Shown: piece by piece, positions 59,257 through 64,000 of the stretch
Numbering within the stretch: the stretch's first letter is position 1
Layout of the letters: each line of letters begins with the position of its first letter
Assembly (NCBI GenBank): GCA_043732185.1
Contig: JAYTHY010000046.1
Span: 32,001 to 96,000, forward strand
Direction: 5' to 3'
Origin: Fibrobacteria bacterium
GTDB taxonomy: Bacteria; Fibrobacterota; Fibrobacteria; UBA11236
Length of the DNA stretch: 64,000 nucleotides
Made by a program: the position numbers and the translations under genes
Notes under the pieces: model-generated
Databases searched by the model: none
Told to the model about the DNA's origin: nothing
The model's input: the letters and a program-made list of their open reading frames with translations, nothing else

Positions 59257-60410
59257 CGGTCGATATCCGGGATGATGAGATCCAGCGTAGACAGCACCGC
59301 AACCAGATCCGCAATTTTTCCGCCGCGCGACATTTCATTGATGGCTGAAAGATTGGACATGCCAGGTGAACGATTCTTGATACGATAGGGCTTGAAGGAA
59401 TTTTCCGAAACCATGTAGGTGCAAAACATGCCTCGCGCCGTTTCCACACTGGAAAAATAACTGCCGGCCGGAACCTTATAAGCGGGCTTTTCCTTGGAAC
59501 GGTATGGCCCTTCCGGTATGCCTTTGGTCGCCTGTTCCAAGATGCGCACCGATTGACGCATTTCCTCCATGCGCACCGCATAGCGATCGAAACAATCTCC
59601 GTTCTTTCCTAAAGGCACGTCGAATTCGAATCGATCGTAAATGGAATAGGTGTCATTTTTGCGTACATCGAAATTGATCCCAGACGCACGGCCAACTGGC
59701 CCCGAACACCCATAACTGATGGCGCGTTCCCGAGACATTACCCCTACCCCAACTGTGCGCTCACGAATAATGGGGTTTTTGGACACGAGGACATCAAACT
59801 CGTCCAGGGCAAATTTAAGCTCTTCCAGTAGCGATTGAACCTTGACGATAAAACCCTCTGGAAGGTCCGCATTGGAACCGCCCGGCCGGAAATAATTCAT
59901 GGTCAGGCGCGCTCCACACAATTCTTCAAACAGATTGGTGATCTTTTCCCGCTGGATGAAGCCATATAGAAAAGCGCTGACCGCGCCCATATCCATACCA
60001 AAGGCCGCCCACCATAAGAGATGCGACTGGATCCTTTGCAGCTCACACACGATGACGCGGATATACTCCCCTCGTTCCGGCACGCCGATGCCCATGGCCT
60101 TTTCAATACCCAGACAAACGCACAAATTGTTGATATGACTGCTCAAATAATCCATGCGGTCGGTCAAATGCATGTATTGGACAAAGGTCTCGTTCTCTCC
60201 CATTTTTTCTATGGCGCGATGGATGAAGCCAAGATGCGAAACCACTTCCTTGACCGTTTCACCTTCCAGCCTCACCACCATTTTCAATACCCCGTGAGTA
60301 CTGGGATGCTGCGGACCCATATTGAGAAAATATTCTTGCGTCCCGTCGGCACGCGTTTCCCGCAAAGCGAATCCGGGAGGCAAGGCATACTTTGTATCCA
60401 AATCGGCCAT
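59253..60410 (-). CDS. nuoD: Complex I subunit D
   Basis: NMGPQHPSTHGVL, HRAIEK, DRMDY, GARLT, DIDR end. Confidence 0.97.
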   Translation of the reverse strand: MADLDTKYALPPGFALRETRADGTQEYFLNMGPQHPSTHGVLKMVVRLEGETVKEVVSHLGFIHRAIEKMGENETFVQYMHLTDRMDYLSSHINNLCVCLGIEKAMGIGVPERGEYIRVIVCELQRIQSHLLWWAAFGMDMGAVSAFLYGFIQREKITNLFEELCGARLTMNYFRPGGSNADLPEGFIVKVQSLLEELKFALDEFDVLVSKNPIIRERTVGVGVMSRERAISYGCSGPVGRASGINFDVRKNDTYSIYDRFEFDVPLGKNGDCFDRYAVRMEEMRQSVRILEQATKGIPEGPYRSKEKPAYKVPAGSYFSSVETARGMFCTYMVSENSFKPYRIKNRSPGMSNLSAINEMSRGGKIADLVAVLSTLDLIIPDIDR

Positions 60411-60411
60411 T

Positions 60412-61626
60412 TTAATACGGACGCTTCACAACCCGGGTCGGGTCGGAGAAGTCCTTACGCAAGGGGTGTCCGGGAAAATCGTCGTCCAAGAACAGTCGCC
60501 GCAAATCCGGGTGCCCGGTAAAATGGATACCGAAGAAATCATACGTTTCGCGCTCATGCCAATTTGCAGTAGCATAGAGACTGGAAAGACTTGGAATTTC
60601 CGGATGATCCTCATGCGGAAGTGCGCATCGGATGAAAACCTTGTGTCCTTTATCCACGGACATGAAATGCGCCACCACCTCGAACCGGTCTTTCCAATCT
60701 ACGGCCGTAAGCTGAATGAGAAAATCGAGTTTAATCCGATCCTCTTCTTTAAGAAAACGCACAAGGGACAGGTAGTCATCCCGAGATACGGCCACGTCCA
60801 GAATATAATCTGTACCTAGTGCGGTTATTTTTTCATCCGTCACTTCCGGCACGCCTTGCACTGTTAAACCTGGAAACCGTTCCATCAGAATTTTCAGCAA
60901 CTCTACTTGAGGCAAACCGCGGCTGGGCTTGGGGACACGCGCCACCTCTTCAAACTTTGGAGCGACAATGCGTTTGATGACCACGCCTTTATAGTCCGGA
61001 TTTTCAAGCTTGAACTTTTCTTGGGCCTCTTTCATCCCGGCTTGCTTCAGCTTTTCCTTCTCTTCCCAATCAGTGGTACAATCTGTAAGCATATCCTTGA
61101 ACGGCTCGCGATTGATGGGCCGATGTTCAAAAGATTTGCGCCATGCGCCTTTTCGAATCAACTCTTGCAACTTCATGATTCCGAATAACAGGGCTTCCGG
61201 CCGCGGTGGACATCCGGGTATATACACGTCAACGGGAATAAGTCTATCCGCGCCCTTAATCACAGAATAACTATCGTAATAGAATGGCCCACCGGAAATC
61301 GTGCAGGCACCCATCGCGATCACATATTTAGGTCCAGGCATTTGCTCATACAGTGTGATAAGACGGGAGCCCATTTTCTCTACAATGGTGCCGGCCAAAA
61401 CAATAAGGTCGGCTTGACGCGGTGTAGCCCGGGCTACCTCTAAGCCGAAACGGGCCCAGTCGTTGTCGGAAGCGCCAGTGGCCATCATTTCAATGGCGCA
61501 GCATGAAGTTCCAAATACCAGTGGCCAGAGAGAATTGGCCCTGGCCCAACCTACCACCCAGTCCACGGCATTAATAGCCCCATTTTGGGGCGGAAAAGGA
61601 AGGGGAACCATGTCCCTGGCAGTCAT
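60412..61626 (-). CDS. nuoBC: Fused complex I subunits B and C
   Basis: Nuo[31 protein letters not shown]. Nuo[25 protein letters not shown]...GHPLRKDF. One frame, with ATGA overlap at the nuoA stop. Confidence 0.93.
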   Translation of the reverse strand: MTARDMVPLPFPPQNGAINAVDWVVGWARANSLWPLVFGTSCCAIEMMATGASDNDWARFGLEVARATPRQADLIVLAGTIVEKMGSRLITLYEQMPGPKYVIAMGACTISGGPFYYDSYSVIKGADRLIPVDVYIPGCPPRPEALLFGIMKLQELIRKGAWRKSFEHRPINREPFKDMLTDCTTDWEEKEKLKQAGMKEAQEKFKLENPDYKGVVIKRIVAPKFEEVARVPKPSRGLPQVELLKILMERFPGLTVQGVPEVTDEKITALGTDYILDVAVSRDDYLSLVRFLKEEDRIKLDFLIQLTAVDWKDRFEVVAHFMSVDKGHKVFIRCALPHEDHPEIPSLSSLYATANWHERETYDFFGIHFTGHPDLRRLFLDDDFPGHPLRKDFSDPTRVVKRPY

Positions 61627-62006
61627 TCCCATTCTAGCACCTTTTTACGCCAAGCGTAGATTAGAGCAAATCCCAACACCGCCAAAAAAACCAGCAATTC
61701 TACCCAGATGAAAATCGCAGAAACCATTCCGGCATGCCCCTCGCCTGCGGATCGCAACACGGCAAGCGCCGGAAAAAGAAAAATGGCTTCTACATCGAAT
61801 ACCAGAAAGACCAAGGCGAACAGATAGTATCCGATATGGAATTGAATACGTGCTGAACCGATACTGGATTCACCCGATTCATAAGCATCGCGCTTTTTGC
61901 CGACATCCATAAAGCGGGGAGCGATGAGGCGCGAAAAGACCATGGCGCCTCCGGCAAAGAGCACCCCCACTAGGGCAAAGACGCCAATGATTATGTATCC
62001 GGACAT
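61623..62006 (-). CDS. nuoA: Complex I subunit A
   Basis: [30 protein letters not shown]. Confidence 0.95.
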   Translation of the reverse strand: MSGYIIIGVFALVGVLFAGGAMVFSRLIAPRFMDVGKKRDAYESGESSIGSARIQFHIGYYLFALVFLVFDVEAIFLFPALAVLRSAGEGHAGMVSAIFIWVELLVFLAVLGFALIYAWRKKVLEWE

Positions 62007-62827
62007 TTTATGCAGCCCCTGACAAAACCATTATCCTATTTCGTGAGAATTAATCCAGTTCGAATTTTGTTTTTCAAGGAATCGATTCCTCTCATCCACA
62101 CCATAAAAGATATAAAGGTTGCATGAAAGGAAAGCTAAAGCCCAAAGCGTAATCTTGTCAAAATGACGAAACCATTTTTATCCGCAAAACCAAACTGATC
62201 TCCGTTTTATTACCACCACGTTCACTGGTTTTCCCCAGTGCTCTCAACTGTGATAGAACAGCTCTAGCCGCGATTTTCGCCTTCAAAACGATGTCCTTTC
62301 TGTGGGTCAAAGGGAAAATAGTTTTGAGGTTTTTCGGAACCTTATATAGCCATGCCGGGCAGGGAAAGTTCCATCCTTTTGGCTGCTATCGTTAATTCCA
62401 GCCAATCCTAAAAGCTTAATCATTGATTTTCCTGTACTTAGCGCATCAGCCAGATGATAATCAAATTCAGTCATTTAAAAATTAGGGATCCAATTTCAAT
62501 ATGATATAATCACTGAGTAAGGCTGACCGTCGACTTAAAAGCAGTTCTTCCGGACAGTCCAGTACGATTCAGGAACAGGAGTGGTAGATGCAGAATCAAC
62601 CTCCAGAATTTCCCTTCTCCCGCCAATTTATTGATAGTCAATCTAAACGCTGGGCCCGGCTAAAAAACAGCCAAGATGCGTGAATCTCACTACAAAGGCG
62701 GATTTGGCGAATTGAGACTAGGGTTTCCCTTTTTTTTCGGAACTTTTGCACCCGCACTTGTAACTTTCAGCCTATATTTACCTCGCCCGCAAGGCTGTTT
62801 TAAAAATTTCTCCCAAAGGATTCCCAC

Positions 62828-64000
62828 ATGAGATCCAAATTTTCCGTATTTACCCTTTTATCCGTTTTTGTATTTCAGGCAAACCTGGATCTCATAAATG
62901 CCCAAGTTTTACCAGACTCTCTTGTACTGACGTCCAAAGTACGGGACTTTCAAGGGGGAAATGAGCCTTCCAATATCCCCTTTTACCATCACCCTGACTT
63001 CAATACCTTTTGCTGTGGAGATAGCCGTGGTGTTGTTGGCCCCAATATCCTCCTCACTGGAAAACTGGATACAGCCAATTTTCCAAATGATAACCGAAAT
63101 CCACAAATGATTAAATCCGATCCTGGATTCTTCAGTGATGTTTTCCCTTCCACCAAAAATTTTGATCAATGGTATAACGACGAAGACACAACTATCAATC
63201 GCCCTTTTTTACACGATCTAATTTTCAAGCCGGTAACGGGTCTGCCTGGGATATACAAATACGAAAGCAATAGCTTTTTCCCATTGGACGATGTCTTGAT
63301 ACCAACAATCACAAAGCCCCTGACTGAAGGAACCACAAAATGGCCAACGAAATCCTTTGGCCAGAATACGATTGGTAATACCAACCACAATTTTGGCTTT
63401 ACAATGGAATTCCATGCCACATTCACCTACCTAAAACCCATTACCGGTGTGCGTGCTCCCCAGACATTCACATTCTCAGGAGATGATGACGTCTGGGTAT
63501 TTTTCAATGGCATTCGTGGCATTGATTTAGGGGGCGTTCATCCAGCTGAATCAGCCACAATAACTTTAGATTCCGCTACCGCTGTAAACACCTTCCACAT
63601 GGTTGATAGGAAGGCCTATTTTCTGGATTTCTTTATTGCAGAAAGACACACAACTGGATCAAATTGCACCATCACTACCAGTCTACAACTGGAAACGGAA
63701 AAGGTTGCTAAACCCATTGCAGCACCATTCAACATTTTACCGACAACATTCGATGACAAAATTGTCGTCACTTTGACAGACTCTACTGTTGGCGCCATAT
63801 TGCGCTATACACTTGATGGAAGTGTCCCAACAGAATCAAGCCAAATTTACACGGATACATTGACCATTTACAACACAACCACAATTAAGGTCATTGGTTT
63901 TAAGGAGGACTGGAAGCCAAGCGAAATGCTAACTGCAGAATATGTAAAGGCAATCATTCCCTCAACTATTGAAGTGCTGAACCAAGACGGAACCCGTCTC
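62828..64000 (+). CDS. Fibro-slime (PA14-related) domain protein followed by a chitobiase/Fn3-associated domain; runs off the window end and is absent from the ORF track
   Basis: Manual translation from ATG 62828 (AAAGGA SD): signal peptide MRSKFSVFTLL..., VRDF...HPDF, FDQWY, FFPLD, HNFGFTMEFH, FSGDDDVWVFFNG..IDLGGVH, FFIAERHTTGSN, then LRYTLDGSVPT. Confidence 0.92.
   Translation, partial: MRSKFSVFTLLSVFVFQANLDLINAQVLPDSLVLTSKVRDFQGGNEPSNIPFYHHPDFNTFCCGDSRGVVGPNILLTGKLDTANFPNDNRNPQMIKSDPGFFSDVFPSTKNFDQWYNDEDTTINRPFLHDLIFKPVTGLPGIYKYESNSFFPLDDVLIPTITKPLTEGTTKWPTKSFGQNTIGNTNHNFGFTMEFHATFTYLKPITGVRAPQTFTFSGDDDVWVFFNGIRGIDLGGVHPAESATITLDSATAVNTFHMVDRKAYFLDFFIAERHTTGSNCTITTSLQLETEKVAKPIAAPFNILPTTFDDKIVVTLTDSTVGAILRYTLDGSVPTESSQIYTDTLTIYNTTTIKVIGFKEDWKPSEMLTAEYVKAIIPSTIEVLNQDGTRL

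Noticed and set aside
58898..60819. Alternative-frame ORFs overlapping nuoH, nuoD and nuoBC
   Set aside because: They lie fully inside conserved nuo genes and have no protein-like motifs.
62909..63798. Four short minus-strand ORFs at the right edge
   Set aside because: They are antisense to the fibro-slime CDS.

Overview
This is a gene-dense stretch of core bacterial chromosome, most likely Fibrobacterota. Two things support that: a fibro-slime protein at the right edge and a Fibrobacter-type LexA box at the recA promoter. Housekeeping content includes rplU-rpmA, mutY, cinA-recA, yicC, phoH, tRNA-Val/tRNA-Asp, glgB, uvrB, pgeF, engB and recR. There are three operons: MlaEFD plus TPR and beta-propeller genes, an 11-gene MoxR/VWA (Bat-type) operon, and a complex I (nuo) operon with fused NuoB-C and no nuoEFG. 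Many secreted or lipoprotein genes are scattered through the window. I saw no mobile element, prophage, CRISPR array or defence system. The most unusual items are: (1) a 1727-aa lipoprotein with 12 Cys/Pro micro-repeats and an apparently split NTF2-like fold; (2) an FGE/C-lectin-fold lipoprotein with a large insertion in its terminal ligand loop; (3) a Bat operon variant with a parvulin-less foldase and a two-gene BatC; (4) likely leaderless repair genes; (5) stop-codon micro-duplications at convergent gene ends; (6) an unannotated small ORF upstream of the fibro-slime gene. All calls come from reading motifs by eye; no database searches were run.
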